IMG/VR virus record: IMGVR_UViG_3300037346_000623
Coordinates: 32,001-96,000 of that record
Origin: a virus
Length of the DNA: 64,000 nt
Strand: one strand, 5' to 3'
A program made the translations under genes and the position numbers. The notes below the pieces were generated by a model. The model was given only the letters and a program-made list of their open reading frames with translations, had not been told where the DNA came from and ran no database searches. Positions 1-10,107 of the stretch are shown here, piece by piece (within the stretch, counting starts at the first letter, position 1; each line of letters starts with the position of its first letter).

Positions 1-184
1 TGAAATGATGTATAGCCGAATCCAAACTTATAAAATGATAATCTATCCCATTAACCTCACTCTCCCTTGGTGGTCTTGTCGTATGTGATACACAATATTT
101 GAATCCATAATTTTCCATCTGTTGTCTAGCATAATCTTTTCCCGAACCCGCCTTTCCAACAAATATAATTCTCTTATTTCTCAT
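1..184 (-). CDS. Guanylate kinase-like protein, N-terminal part (runs off window start)
   Basis: Manual translation from ATG at 184: MRNKRIIFVGKAGSGKDYARQ...CVSHTTRPPRESEVNGIDYHF. Has a P-loop plus the TTRPPR..E.NG.DYHF guanylate kinase signature. TAATG overlap with the upstream stop. Confidence 0.8.
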   Translation of the reverse strand, partial: MRNKRIIFVGKAGSGKDYARQQMENYGFKYCVSHTTRPPRESEVNGIDYHFISLDSAIHHF

Positions 185-1128
185 TATTCAATAAGTTTTT
201 GAATCTGAAAAAATAAAGATAGTAACGAAACCATCGGATCAATCACTTGCGTTCTCTGTGCCTGATGTTCAGCAACAAGCACTATCACTGCAGGAATAAT
301 TTTTGATAAATCAGATTTATTATTTATTATCCAATTTATAAACTCGTCACCTAATGCAGACATGACATCATCGGTTTTACCTTGATATTCGCCAACTAGT
401 GTCTGATAATTTTTAACAGGGTCCTTAGATGTAACCAGAAGAATATATAAATTTTCATAAGACCAGCCAAATTCCTTAACTCTAGCCGAATCTATATTTT
501 TAACACCCTCTATCATCCAAGCTTGTATCTTGTTCAGTGCAGCTCTAAAATCAGGGTAATAGCTTCTCTGGAATTCAGATAAAGCTTCATCCTCTATGGT
601 TACCCCAATTTTACCAAGAATGAAATTTACTCTAGTAGCCCATTCAGCTTTAAGATTCTCGTCCTCTTCGGTGCTTATTGGATTAAAGTCAATAACTTCA
701 AATCTACTCTGAATAGCATCAGGAACCTTATTTATATAATTGCATGTCGCGATAAACCTTGTATTTGAAGCATATTTTTCAACAGTACCTCTAAGTGCTT
801 TATAGAATTGGTCAGATGCACCATCAAACTCATCTAATACAACCACTTTCTTCGAGGATTTCCCATCCATAACAGATATAGTCGAACAAAAGTCCGTTAT
901 TTTGGTTCTAATAGTTTCAACTGAGCTCTCATCAGAAACATTTATGAACAAATGAGGAAATGGTGCTGCTAGTATCTTTGCTAATGTTGTTTTTCCGCAA
1001 CCTGGTGATCCACTAAGTAAAATGTTTTGTCCTAAGCCATTCTCAAAAACTTTGGAAATTCTTGAGGGTAATATCATATGCTCTAGTTTTTTTGGTCTGA
1101 GCTTTTCTGTTAATAATTCTTGTATCAT
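184..1128 (-). CDS. Sliding clamp loader AAA+ subunit (T4 gp44/RFC-like)
   Basis: EKLRP motif, Walker A GSPGCGKTT, Walker B VVLDEFD, IQSRF sensor, YPDFRAALN. Confidence 0.9.
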   Translation of the reverse strand: MIQELLTEKLRPKKLEHMILPSRISKVFENGLGQNILLSGSPGCGKTTLAKILAAPFPHLFINVSDESSVETIRTKITDFCSTISVMDGKSSKKVVVLDEFDGASDQFYKALRGTVEKYASNTRFIATCNYINKVPDAIQSRFEVIDFNPISTEEDENLKAEWATRVNFILGKIGVTIEDEALSEFQRSYYPDFRAALNKIQAWMIEGVKNIDSARVKEFGWSYENLYILLVTSKDPVKNYQTLVGEYQGKTDDVMSALGDEFINWIINNKSDLSKIIPAVIVLVAEHQAQRTQVIDPMVSLLSLFFQIQKLIE

Positions 1129-1137
1129 TTATATTGA

Positions 1138-2475
1138 TTAAAATTTAGTACTTAAATCGTCAGCAGTATCCTTATCGTTTCTTACCTCAATAAATCTAGG
1201 TAAAAATAAAGAACGATTACCGTTCTTATCCTCTATAGTAACGTTATATTGGACTGCAATTATTCTACCTATATGCTGATCCGGGGTTTCACTTAATAAT
1301 TTAAGATCATTGTCAGTAAAACCTGACCCAACCCTAACGTTGAGTGTACCTGATGAATCAGTACATATAAAACCACCGATGTATCCCTCTCTTTTTCCTT
1401 CACCTGGGTACCATCCACTAATAATCAGATCACAATCATTAACTTCTTTAAGTTTTATCCAGGTCTTTGATCTTTTACATTCATAGATGGAATTATTTTT
1501 ACATATAACCCCCTCACCACCGTCAGCAACTATTTTTTTATAAATTTCTGCAACATCAGAGGAGTTATCTAATTCCCACATTCTTGCGAGAATAACTGGG
1601 CTGTTATCAGGAAGAAATGATGTTACCCTCTCCAACGTGGACCTTCTTGTAAGATAATCAAGGACACCTGAACCGTGATTTAGTGTCATAACTTCTTCGA
1701 AATCGAATACATTAAAAAGCATATCCTTATCTATATCCTTAGGAGCAGTTCCTCTTAGTATCTGTGTAACCTTTCCACTAACAGATTTTCTATTAAGATC
1801 CGTTAATTCACCATCAAAAAACCAGTCACCAAGTATTCCTTGTCCACTGTTGATCATTGCAGTTTTTAGTGAGAATGTTATTCCCGAAAGACAGGTTGGA
1901 TCTAATTCATTGAAAGCTCTAGTGAAGTATGTTATTTCTCCAGATTTATATATTGCAATAACTCTAACACCATCATATTTTTCCTCGCAGTATATTTTTT
2001 CCCAATTTTCTATAACCTCATGATCATCAGTAGCTAACATAACAGAAGGATCTGGTACAAGTTCATAACCAAGTGCTTTGTTTATAAGCTTAGCACCAAT
2101 TCCTATATTCATCCTTTTTGTTACAATTTTCATAAGAACAGATCTTAATTCCAGATCTTCCACAGGATCGTTACTAATTTTAGCAGATACTAAATTACAA
2201 GCTCTACTTCTAAGATTATCATTGGCCGCAGAAGCAATTTTAAGCTCCTCTAATAAAGATCTAAAATCTTCCCATAGGTTAGGATTACTTTCCGATAAAA
2301 CCTCATTATACGAAATCTTATGAAGCTTTGTTGTCACGAAAGGATTAAAGCAAACATCAAGTATATACTTAAGCTCATAATCAATATTGGATTTTATTAA
2401 ATTCTGTTTGGATTTCTGGGAGCCGTTTCCTGTTAATAATTCAAGTTCCCTAAGGATTCTTAATTTTTCTATCAT
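1138..2475 (-). CDS. ATP-dependent DNA ligase
   Basis: Motif I EEKYDGVR, FDGEL, EGVICK, WIKLK, VGSGFTD, LFLPRFIEVRNDK. Confidence 0.95.
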   Translation of the reverse strand: MIEKLRILRELELLTGNGSQKSKQNLIKSNIDYELKYILDVCFNPFVTTKLHKISYNEVLSESNPNLWEDFRSLLEELKIASAANDNLRSRACNLVSAKISNDPVEDLELRSVLMKIVTKRMNIGIGAKLINKALGYELVPDPSVMLATDDHEVIENWEKIYCEEKYDGVRVIAIYKSGEITYFTRAFNELDPTCLSGITFSLKTAMINSGQGILGDWFFDGELTDLNRKSVSGKVTQILRGTAPKDIDKDMLFNVFDFEEVMTLNHGSGVLDYLTRRSTLERVTSFLPDNSPVILARMWELDNSSDVAEIYKKIVADGGEGVICKNNSIYECKRSKTWIKLKEVNDCDLIISGWYPGEGKREGYIGGFICTDSSGTLNVRVGSGFTDNDLKLLSETPDQHIGRIIAVQYNVTIEDKNGNRSLFLPRFIEVRNDKDTADDLSTKF

Positions 2476-2498
2476 TCTTAATAATTTTAATTTTCTTA

Positions 2499-2506
2499 CA
2501 AAAGTA
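2499..2506 (-). promoter_or_regulatory. Bacteroidota-type sigma-A -7 element (TACTTTTG)
   Basis: Matches TAnnTTTG just upstream of the ligase. Same element at 14880, 49165, 55628 and 58060. Confidence 0.6.
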
Positions 2507-2540
2507 AATAAAATATACGTATTAAAAAAATAAAGTCACA

Positions 2541-2571
2541 AAAAAAAGGAATATTTTCATATTCCTTTTTT
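2541..2571 (-). terminator. Intrinsic terminator after portal paralog 2
   Basis: AAAAGGAATA-loop-TATTCCTTTT inverted repeat with flanking T-tracts. Confidence 0.7.
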
Positions 2572-4211
2572 TATAAAGTTACTTGAGGAGACTTTTCCGA
2601 TTCGTCCTCTGCTGCAGGTTTCTCTGCAGCGTCCTCTGCTGCAGGTTCGCCCTCGACTGGAGGAGCAGGAGCTCCCGCTTTTTCTTCTTCCTTTTTATAT
2701 TGTTCATTAAGCTTTAACTGATCCGGAGACATGCCAATGAATCGTTGTATAAGAAAGTCATTATCAAAATATGGAACATCCTCCTCGCCAGCTTTCACTT
2801 TAAGATCGGCAAGAGCAGTTACAAATTCGCTCTTCTTTTTAAGATTCGTCATTTCTACCTGATCCTCAAACTCAAGGTCCCTATTAAAATCAAGTCCTAT
2901 ATTAGCTTTAAAGCTTCTATCCTTAGCCAATTCAGGATATTCCAGACACATTTGTATATAAAGTGGTTTTACTAATATCTCCTGGAATATGGATCTAAGT
3001 CTTCTCAGAAATTTTTCGAATCTTATCTCATCTCTTTCTAATTGGTCTATTGCTATCTGGTAATTAGCAGGGGTTCCATTCTTTGCAGCAAATCTTGCAT
3101 AGGGTATTTTTGAATCCATTTTTAACTTATTGAAAAAATAAAGTACGTTATCCATAACATTAAAATCAGGACCGGAAGGATTCAGCGAAGATATCTCAGG
3201 GGAAACCCCATTTTGTTCGGGAAATAAATAATTTTTATAAAACTGGACTTTAGGTCTACCATTTACAGTAAGTTCTCCTGATGAATCATTAATACTGATT
3301 TCCTCTTTATAATTTGACATGAGTTGTCCCAGAGTTTGCATTGCTTTTTGAGGTGACTGAGTACCTATTGGAATAATGAATTTCATTCTATAACTAGCAT
3401 TCATAACATTCCATATAACCCTAGAATTCTCCATGATTCTAAGTATATTATACGATCTAACTAGTCTTTCAACATAGCTTGTTCTTGATATTGTATTACC
3501 CTTAGCATAAGATATGTAAATGATCTGCTCATTGGTAAGTTTTCTAAACATCTGTGGATTATTAGGATACTGCAACCAAAATTGTTTATATTCATTTTCA
3601 CCAACCTTTTCAACAATAGGTTCAAGAGATACTGCATCCAATTCCTTAAATCCTATTATTTCCTTACCCTTACTATCATATATTATTTCGAATGCTAAAA
3701 ATCCATCTATAATAAACTGTCTAAAATATTGCCAACCCAAAACAGTATTTTGAAATTGAAATATATTATACAATCTATTGAAATGGGAGCTTATCTTTTC
3801 TTTTATATTATCTTTAAGATCTATATTAGAAAAAGATGGCTGAGCAAAATAATTTCTATCATTATAAACTATTGCTTCATCAGTAATAATATCCAATATA
3901 AATTCAATTTCGCCATTTATCGAAAACTTTCTAAGATAATTTCTCTTCTCTATATACGATTTATCGAAATATGCTATATATTTTCTTACCTTGGTATCGT
4001 GATATGATGCTGTCCACTGAAAAGCACTATCTTTAGTATAACCAGTACCCTCCTGATTGAAAAAAGAGCCCTCGGTTCTACCGATAGCTTGCGAGTTTCT
4101 AACAATCATATCATCATATTGCATACCGAATTTGGATATATTACCCAGATTCTTCAATATGTTACCCAATGCCGCTTGATTGGGTTTTAAAAAGTCTAAA
4201 AATCCTGCCAT
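2571..4211 (-). CDS. Portal protein (T4 gp20-like), paralog 2
   Basis: EIEFILDIITDEAI, YFRQFIIDG, LRIMENSRVIW, YFFNKLKMDSKIPYARF and RDEIRFEKFLRRLRSIF match gp20 portal motifs. Confidence 0.85.
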   Translation of the reverse strand: MAGFLDFLKPNQAALGNILKNLGNISKFGMQYDDMIVRNSQAIGRTEGSFFNQEGTGYTKDSAFQWTASYHDTKVRKYIAYFDKSYIEKRNYLRKFSINGEIEFILDIITDEAIVYNDRNYFAQPSFSNIDLKDNIKEKISSHFNRLYNIFQFQNTVLGWQYFRQFIIDGFLAFEIIYDSKGKEIIGFKELDAVSLEPIVEKVGENEYKQFWLQYPNNPQMFRKLTNEQIIYISYAKGNTISRTSYVERLVRSYNILRIMENSRVIWNVMNASYRMKFIIPIGTQSPQKAMQTLGQLMSNYKEEISINDSSGELTVNGRPKVQFYKNYLFPEQNGVSPEISSLNPSGPDFNVMDNVLYFFNKLKMDSKIPYARFAAKNGTPANYQIAIDQLERDEIRFEKFLRRLRSIFQEILVKPLYIQMCLEYPELAKDRSFKANIGLDFNRDLEFEDQVEMTNLKKKSEFVTALADLKVKAGEEDVPYFDNDFLIQRFIGMSPDQLKLNEQYKKEEEKAGAPAPPVEGEPAAEDAAEKPAAEDESEKSPQVTL

Positions 4212-4215
4212 TTTA

Positions 4216-5829
4216 TTATAGTGTTACTTGTGGTGCTTCTTCCTCGCCTTCTTTCTTAGTCTCTTTCCCTCCCGATGTCTTTTCTGCTTTCGCCTTCTCC
4301 CTTGCCTTTCTTTCTTTAGCCTCTTTGTTGGCTATTATATCCTGTTTAGACATACCTAAGTACTCCTCTATAAGGAATGCGTTGGAAAAAAATGGTTTAC
4401 CGTCATCGTTCACGAGTCCACCAAGACTAGAAATTGTTTCTTTTCTCTGTACCATCTTACCAATTTCCTGGTTTTCCTTAAATGGATTATCGGACCAATA
4501 ATTAAGACCCAATTGACTTTTGAATAGAAAATCTTTCTCCAGATAAGGATACTTATTAACCATCTGCAGCCACATTGGTTTAACCAGAATTTCTTGAAAT
4601 ACTGATCTAAGCCTAGATATAAATTTATAGAATCTTATTTCCTCTTTGTCCAAACCTTCAGCACCATTGGAATATGGTGATGTACTGCCGCCATCGGGGT
4701 TATGAAACCTCGATGGTGGGACTTTAGACTCTAATATAAATTTATCAAAGAAATATGTTAATGGAGCAGGATCATTCAAATTAGGTCCTTCAGTATTTAT
4801 TGGCTCGATAGTCGGTGTTCCGTTAACACCAGAAGGCATAAGATAATTCTTATAGAACTGTATCTTTGGTTTACCGTCAACTGTAAGCTCCCCACTTTCA
4901 TCGTTTAACTGTATGTCTTCCTTATAGACACTCATAAGTTCTCCGAGTGTTTGCATACCCTTTTGTTGGGATTTTGTACCTATTGGTACTGTCATTTTAA
5001 GCTTAAATGAAGCATTCATAACTGACCAGATAACTCTAGTATACTCTATTATTCTCAATATATTATACGGTCTTATAAGTCTCTCAATATAACTAACTCT
5101 TGATATTGAATTACCCTTGGCGTATGATATGTATATTATTTGCGGATCATATAGAACTCTTTTCTTCTTTGGGTCTTGTGGATATTGTGTCCATGTACTA
5201 ACAAAGCTTCCGTCTAATTGTTTCTCAACACTAGGAATAAGAGTTATAGGATCAAGTTCCTTAAATCCAACTATTTTCTTACCCGTATCATCATATATAA
5301 TTTCAAATGCTAGAAATCCATCTATAATAAACTGTCTAAAATATTGCCATGCTGTTATATCATCAGAAAATCCCCATATATCATATAGGCTCTTATATAC
5401 ATCATATAGCTCATCCTTTACCTTCTCGTTTACATCAGTAAGATCTATAAAATCCGGATATGCAAAAAAATTAGCGGGATCATATGTTATTGCTTCATCA
5501 CATATAGTATCAAGTACCCATTCAACCTCAGGATTTAGCGAGAACATTCTTAAAAAATCACGTTTACCCTTATAATCTTTATCAAAGTATCCTATGAATT
5601 GTCTGGTTGTTACATCCTGCTTAGCAAGAGCCCATAGCATACTTTCGTCCTCTACGTTCGATTTATTCTTATTAAGAAAAGCTGCTTCTGTCACACCAAC
5701 AGCTTGTGAATTTCTTATAACCATATCATCGTACTTCATACCAAAGGTACTAAGTTTTTTGACCGACTCCCGTATTCTCTGTATTACCGGGGATTCCGAT
5801 GGTTTATTATTATCTACAAAACCTGCCAT
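4216..5829 (-). CDS. Portal protein (T4 gp20-like), paralog 1
   Basis: PEVEWVLDTICDEAI, YFRQFIIDG, ESKVPPSRF, EEIRFYKFISRLRSVF. Colinear with 2571..4211. Confidence 0.85.
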   Translation of the reverse strand: MAGFVDNNKPSESPVIQRIRESVKKLSTFGMKYDDMVIRNSQAVGVTEAAFLNKNKSNVEDESMLWALAKQDVTTRQFIGYFDKDYKGKRDFLRMFSLNPEVEWVLDTICDEAITYDPANFFAYPDFIDLTDVNEKVKDELYDVYKSLYDIWGFSDDITAWQYFRQFIIDGFLAFEIIYDDTGKKIVGFKELDPITLIPSVEKQLDGSFVSTWTQYPQDPKKKRVLYDPQIIYISYAKGNSISRVSYIERLIRPYNILRIIEYTRVIWSVMNASFKLKMTVPIGTKSQQKGMQTLGELMSVYKEDIQLNDESGELTVDGKPKIQFYKNYLMPSGVNGTPTIEPINTEGPNLNDPAPLTYFFDKFILESKVPPSRFHNPDGGSTSPYSNGAEGLDKEEIRFYKFISRLRSVFQEILVKPMWLQMVNKYPYLEKDFLFKSQLGLNYWSDNPFKENQEIGKMVQRKETISSLGGLVNDDGKPFFSNAFLIEEYLGMSKQDIIANKEAKERKAREKAKAEKTSGGKETKKEGEEEAPQVTL

Positions 5830-5850
5830 TTAATTTATTTTTTTGATATT

Positions 5851-5858
5851 TATATATC
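5851..5858 (-). promoter_or_regulatory. Putative late promoter GATATATA
   Basis: Exact octamer about 20-30 nt upstream of starts at 5851, 9561, 11697, 22324, 27496, 39623, 51717, 54768 and 58030. Analogous to T4 late TATAAATA. Confidence 0.6.
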
Positions 5859-5868
5859 GAGATTAATG

Positions 5869-6354
5869 CTATTTACTCTTGAATAAAAAATTCTCGTCGA
5901 TAACTCCGAATCTATATCCTCTTTTGTCTGCCCATTCCTTAGCTGCTCTAAATTTTGCTTGATTTGTTATCCATATTTGCATATTTCTATTATATGACTT
6001 AAGTTTAGCTAAAGTCATAACACCTTCCATTATGGGTTTAATTGTTTGTTTTTCTGGTTTTATTTCTATTATCCATTCCTGTTCACTGTTATCATCCTTC
6101 AGAACTTTTATATAAAAATCAACATTATAATTATGATCTTTTTTATCAAGAGGATTATAATATGGAATAACAACAGGTTCGGAGCTCCATTTTAATATGG
6201 ATTCGTTAGTATCACAATATGTACAAAATCTATATTCCCAGGAAGATCTATAGATAATATTATGTATATCACCTATATATTTATCGGGGTTCTTAGGATC
6301 ATATTTACCAGATTTATATTCCCCATTGGGCTTTATCTTCTTGATATCAGTCAT
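5869..6354 (-). CDS. Head completion nuclease (T4 gp4-like, TnsA-type endonuclease fold)
   Basis: Y.SGKY.PKNPDKYIGD..NIIYRSSWE, WSSE...IPY, Y.VDF, IEIKP.KQT, NQAKF.AA. Confidence 0.85.
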   Translation of the reverse strand: MTDIKKIKPNGEYKSGKYDPKNPDKYIGDIHNIIYRSSWEYRFCTYCDTNESILKWSSEPVVIPYYNPLDKKDHNYNVDFYIKVLKDDNSEQEWIIEIKPEKQTIKPIMEGVMTLAKLKSYNRNMQIWITNQAKFRAAKEWADKRGYRFGVIDENFLFKSK

Positions 6355-6357
6355 AGT

Positions 6358-6717
6358 CTAGATGTTATATGAATTGTCGTCACCTGTTATATAGCTAAAT
6401 GGGATCGTTACCGGATTTTTTGGCGGATGCAATTTCTTCCATCCCTTGGCAAATCCATGTTTAGCTATCTGTGTAAAATAAGCAAACGGATTATTAGATT
6501 TTTCTGGATTAAATCTATTCCAATATTTACATAAATCCTCCATAGCAAAAGCCATGCAATCCTCTCTATCCTCAGGATCCTTGTACGACATTTTCTTAGC
6601 TATTCCTTCAATCATAAGATTGAACATATCTATAGTTGCTGGCGTTAATTTTCCAGCATTCTTCGATTCAATAACAGCTGCCATTAGCTCGCTATTCTTT
6701 ACATAAACTTTTGCCAT
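6358..6717 (-). CDS. Late-transcription sigma factor (T4 gp55-like)
   Basis: YVKNSEL and FNPEKSNNPFAYFTQIA are gp55-family motifs. Confidence 0.8.
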   Translation of the reverse strand: MAKVYVKNSELMAAVIESKNAGKLTPATIDMFNLMIEGIAKKMSYKDPEDREDCMAFAMEDLCKYWNRFNPEKSNNPFAYFTQIAKHGFAKGWKKLHPPKNPVTIPFSYITGDDNSYNI

Positions 6718-6779
6718 TAATATTTATTATATTTGGGTATTTAGTATTTTAGTTATAAAATACTAAAAGATTTCATCAC

Positions 6780-6814
6780 AAAAAAAAGAATGTAGTAAAA
6801 AATACTACATTCTT
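6780..6814 (-). terminator. Intrinsic terminator
   Basis: AAGAATGTAGTA-TTTTT-TACTACATTCTT followed by a T-run, directly after the -1-frame stop at 6820. Confidence 0.75.
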
Positions 6815-6977
6815 ATTAATTATTGTTTATCTTCACCAGAGTCATCATTCTCTTCATCACTAAGATCCTCCGTCTTACCAGTAGGTGCCTTCGCGAATTT
6901 ACCCTTCATGGATTGAACAAAAGGTTTACCTGGTTTATTTTGGTTTTCACCTTTAGGTGCGAAATAGAAGTTGCGAC

Positions 6978-9539
6978 TTAGTTTTTTTTTACTTCCTCTG
7001 ATTCAGCAATATTGTAACCAGATTTATAAACTTTAGAATCCTTAACATCAGATACATCGAATCTTAAAACTCCATTCTTGTCAGCAGGAGCAGAGCTAAG
7101 ATTATTTTTTCCTAATTCCTTACCATTTTGTTTATTATTATTACCTGGCGCTTCCGCTAGATTTTTCTTTACATTAGTATTTTTACCTTTGTTCATTTCA
7201 TCGTTACCAGGAGCATCGGAAAAATCAGGATCAGTAGAGCCTTTTGTTAATTTAGATTTCCCCTTCTTATCTGGTGAATTAGCTAATGACTTATTTTTTA
7301 CATTAACATGTGGAGCTTTTTTATCGTTACCTGGGGCTTTAGAATAATTAGTTTTTGGTGTTGCATTCTTTAAATCAGCCTTACCTTCATTCATTGTTCT
7401 ATTATATCCATGTAAGGAATCACCATTCATGTCTATTTTTCCATTATCGTCACCAGGAGCTTTAGAAAATCCATGCATTCCAGCAAGTTTTTTTAGCATT
7501 TTCTTTTGCTCGCTTTCAGGTAGATCTGACTTATTAAGATTATTAGATTCCTTAACATCACCAGAGTCGTCATTATTATCATCAGCAGATTCAGCATTAT
7601 CATCAGCAGCTTTATTTAGTGCTTCATCAAGATCAGCAAGCTCATTTATCTGATGATCTGCAGTTTTTCCACTATCCAAAAGAATAGTATATCTACCAGA
7701 AGATCCATCAATAGATATTACTTTACCTGTTTCGCCTGATTCTTTAACTTTAACAAAAGAGCCTATATTAAATTTCTGATCCTCAAATAAATCAGAATCT
7801 GGCAATAATGTTATATTCTCCTCTACCTTCTGGATTTCTATATTTATTTGATTCCATTTGGTCTTAAGAGATTGTAATTCTTTCTCTAATATAGAATGTG
7901 CCACGTGCATCTCCTTAGAATTATTATATAAAGGATTAGATTCCATAAGTGTTTCAACTTTAGTAATCTCACCTTCTATTTTAGAAATATTTTCAAGGAT
8001 TTTATTTCTGTCATTAATCATAACAGATTTAATTTTAGATTCACCTTCAAGGAATTCTGTTAATCCTTCAGAAATATCATATCTCATAAAGTTCTTAACA
8101 AGTGATACTGCTTGGGATCCATTAACTTCATAAAGGGAATTTTCCCTCATAGTTTCATTTATTTTCTGAAGATATATTTGACCATTCCATTTAAAAAGAT
8201 TAATACCAAGTCCTTCGTATACATTAGATGTTATAGATTTAGCAAAATCTAATTCAACAACATTAGAATAGTTTGTATAAAGTGTCATAATATCTCCAAC
8301 AACCTCTGATTCATTAACACCGAAGTATGATGAAGATTCCAAGCCTATTATTTTAGCTAGTCCAATAGAATCGCCAAATCTAAGTTTATCCTTACCAAGA
8401 TAAACTGAAACGTTATCATTTTCTTCAACTAAGGTAACTATTTTTTTACCAAGTTTAATTGAAATTCCAGATTCGTTTATTTTAACGTGTGGTTTCATCG
8501 TTGTTAGTGCAAGTCTTAGATAATTCTCAGAAAGATTAGAATATTCAGATTTTGGTAATTTTCTTAGTGTATCCGATGTTGCTTCGAATATACATCCCCC
8601 AATGAAGAAGAATGTTCTTCCTCCTTCAAAAAGTACCGGTGAATAAACTTTAGAAACACTAGATTCGCCCTGAGCATTAACTGGGATCTCCAATTTTCTA
8701 CTATCTGTGCTTTCCTGTATATTAAGAAAATTTATAAGATTTTTAATAACCGGATTGAAACTAAATTTAGAAATATTTCTTACCAATAATCCACTAGATT
8801 TATTTTCAGAAACTAACCAAGTATTAAGGGTTTCCGAAAGTTCAGAATAGAAAGAGGAGCTTCCGCTATTCTTGATAGATTCTAAAACATTAGCAACCTC
8901 GATTTCTCTAGAGAATAATTTTGCTTTCTCTTTCAATTCATCAGCAATAGGTGCTATTGAAGAATCCCATGAGAATGAAGCAAGCTCGTTAACAAAGTTA
9001 TTTATGAGTGAAAATTCAGGAACATTTTTATTATCCAAAAGGTATTGATACTGTTCACATACCATTTTTGCTTTAGGATAAGTATAAATAGATGACTCCT
9101 TTATCTTCTCTATAGCATTTCTAATACCAAGATTTTTTACACTCTGAGTTTCGATAAACGATCTTGCAGCGGGATCAGAGGTTTCAAGATTTACTATGCT
9201 CTCATATAAAGAATTCTCATTATCTTTATTTTCTTTTGGTTTATCTGAATAAGATCCAGAATTACTCGATGTAGATTTTCCTAAACCTCCCCAAGATTCC
9301 ATAAGTGAAGCAGCAGATTTTTTAGAGATCTCTGACTCTTCTCTTTTTATTAAATCCATATGATTTTGTATATTATTTCCATCATTATCTAAATCCAGGG
9401 ATGCATTATGTTCGCTAATTAAAACTGTCAGGTTTTCTTTAGAAACTGAACCACCACTAAGGAAGCTTTCACATAAAGCTTTTACCTCAGGTGATTTTGT
9501 TATTTCTTTTACTTTTTTAACTTGATCTATAAAGTCCAT
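6978..9539 (-). CDS. Large hypothetical (probable head/core) protein with coiled coil, SH3/KOW-like segment and C-terminal xSxAPG repeats; possible -1 frameshift extension to 6820
   Basis: 853-aa ORF after a GATATATA motif. Many L/I-x-E sites. Repeats FSKAPG, YSKAPG, FSDAPG, LAEAPG, LSSAPA. Confidence 0.6.
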   Translation of the reverse strand: MDFIDQVKKVKEITKSPEVKALCESFLSGGSVSKENLTVLISEHNASLDLDNDGNNIQNHMDLIKREESEISKKSAASLMESWGGLGKSTSSNSGSYSDKPKENKDNENSLYESIVNLETSDPAARSFIETQSVKNLGIRNAIEKIKESSIYTYPKAKMVCEQYQYLLDNKNVPEFSLINNFVNELASFSWDSSIAPIADELKEKAKLFSREIEVANVLESIKNSGSSSFYSELSETLNTWLVSENKSSGLLVRNISKFSFNPVIKNLINFLNIQESTDSRKLEIPVNAQGESSVSKVYSPVLFEGGRTFFFIGGCIFEATSDTLRKLPKSEYSNLSENYLRLALTTMKPHVKINESGISIKLGKKIVTLVEENDNVSVYLGKDKLRFGDSIGLAKIIGLESSSYFGVNESEVVGDIMTLYTNYSNVVELDFAKSITSNVYEGLGINLFKWNGQIYLQKINETMRENSLYEVNGSQAVSLVKNFMRYDISEGLTEFLEGESKIKSVMINDRNKILENISKIEGEITKVETLMESNPLYNNSKEMHVAHSILEKELQSLKTKWNQINIEIQKVEENITLLPDSDLFEDQKFNIGSFVKVKESGETGKVISIDGSSGRYTILLDSGKTADHQINELADLDEALNKAADDNAESADDNNDDSGDVKESNNLNKSDLPESEQKKMLKKLAGMHGFSKAPGDDNGKIDMNGDSLHGYNRTMNEGKADLKNATPKTNYSKAPGNDKKAPHVNVKNKSLANSPDKKGKSKLTKGSTDPDFSDAPGNDEMNKGKNTNVKKNLAEAPGNNNKQNGKELGKNNLSSAPADKNGVLRFDVSDVKDSKVYKSGYNIAESEEVKKN

Positions 9540-9620
9540 GGTTTACTTTTTTTTATTGATTATATATCCATACAAGGACAAGAAACTTTTTACTATATAT
9601 TTCATAAATGAAATATTTTA

Positions 9621-10106
9621 TTATCTACCTATTAATATCTCCAATTTTATCTGAAAATCACTATGAGGATTATTAAATATCATACCCCCGTTGTTTAAAT
9701 ATTCATTAGGTTTCGATAAATTCCATCCATCATAAGATGAATCAGTCGAATATTGCTTAGCCCCGGAAAGGACCATTAATTCACCCATATTCATCATTTG
9801 ACCCTTATATAGCCAGGTTAGATACTTATTAGATTCAACTATGCTGTCAGGAAATATTGCTTTTATTGCAATAAAGTTAACATATCCCATGGTGTCTCCG
9901 ATTCCACTCTGACTTAATAAAAATGACTCCCCCGCATTTAACGAAACCCTACTTTTTGAGAAAGATTCAACACCTATAAGTAAATCATCCATAGAAAGAT
10001 ATTTTGGTGGCGACGATTTTGTTCCGTCGTCAAGAACAAGATTATTCCTATAAAATCTAAATCCTTCCGGTGTGTCATACGGACACTCTACTGGTCTTGT
10101 TGCCAT
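9621..10106 (-). CDS. Hypothetical virion protein, paralog of 10108..10797
   Basis: Shares SFS, KA.F/YP, W.Y, MG..M.L.GA and NGG.IF.NP blocks with its neighbour. Confidence 0.6.
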   Translation of the reverse strand: MATRPVECPYDTPEGFRFYRNNLVLDDGTKSSPPKYLSMDDLLIGVESFSKSRVSLNAGESFLLSQSGIGDTMGYVNFIAIKAIFPDSIVESNKYLTWLYKGQMMNMGELMVLSGAKQYSTDSSYDGWNLSKPNEYLNNGGMIFNNPHSDFQIKLEILIGR

Positions 10107-10107
10107 A

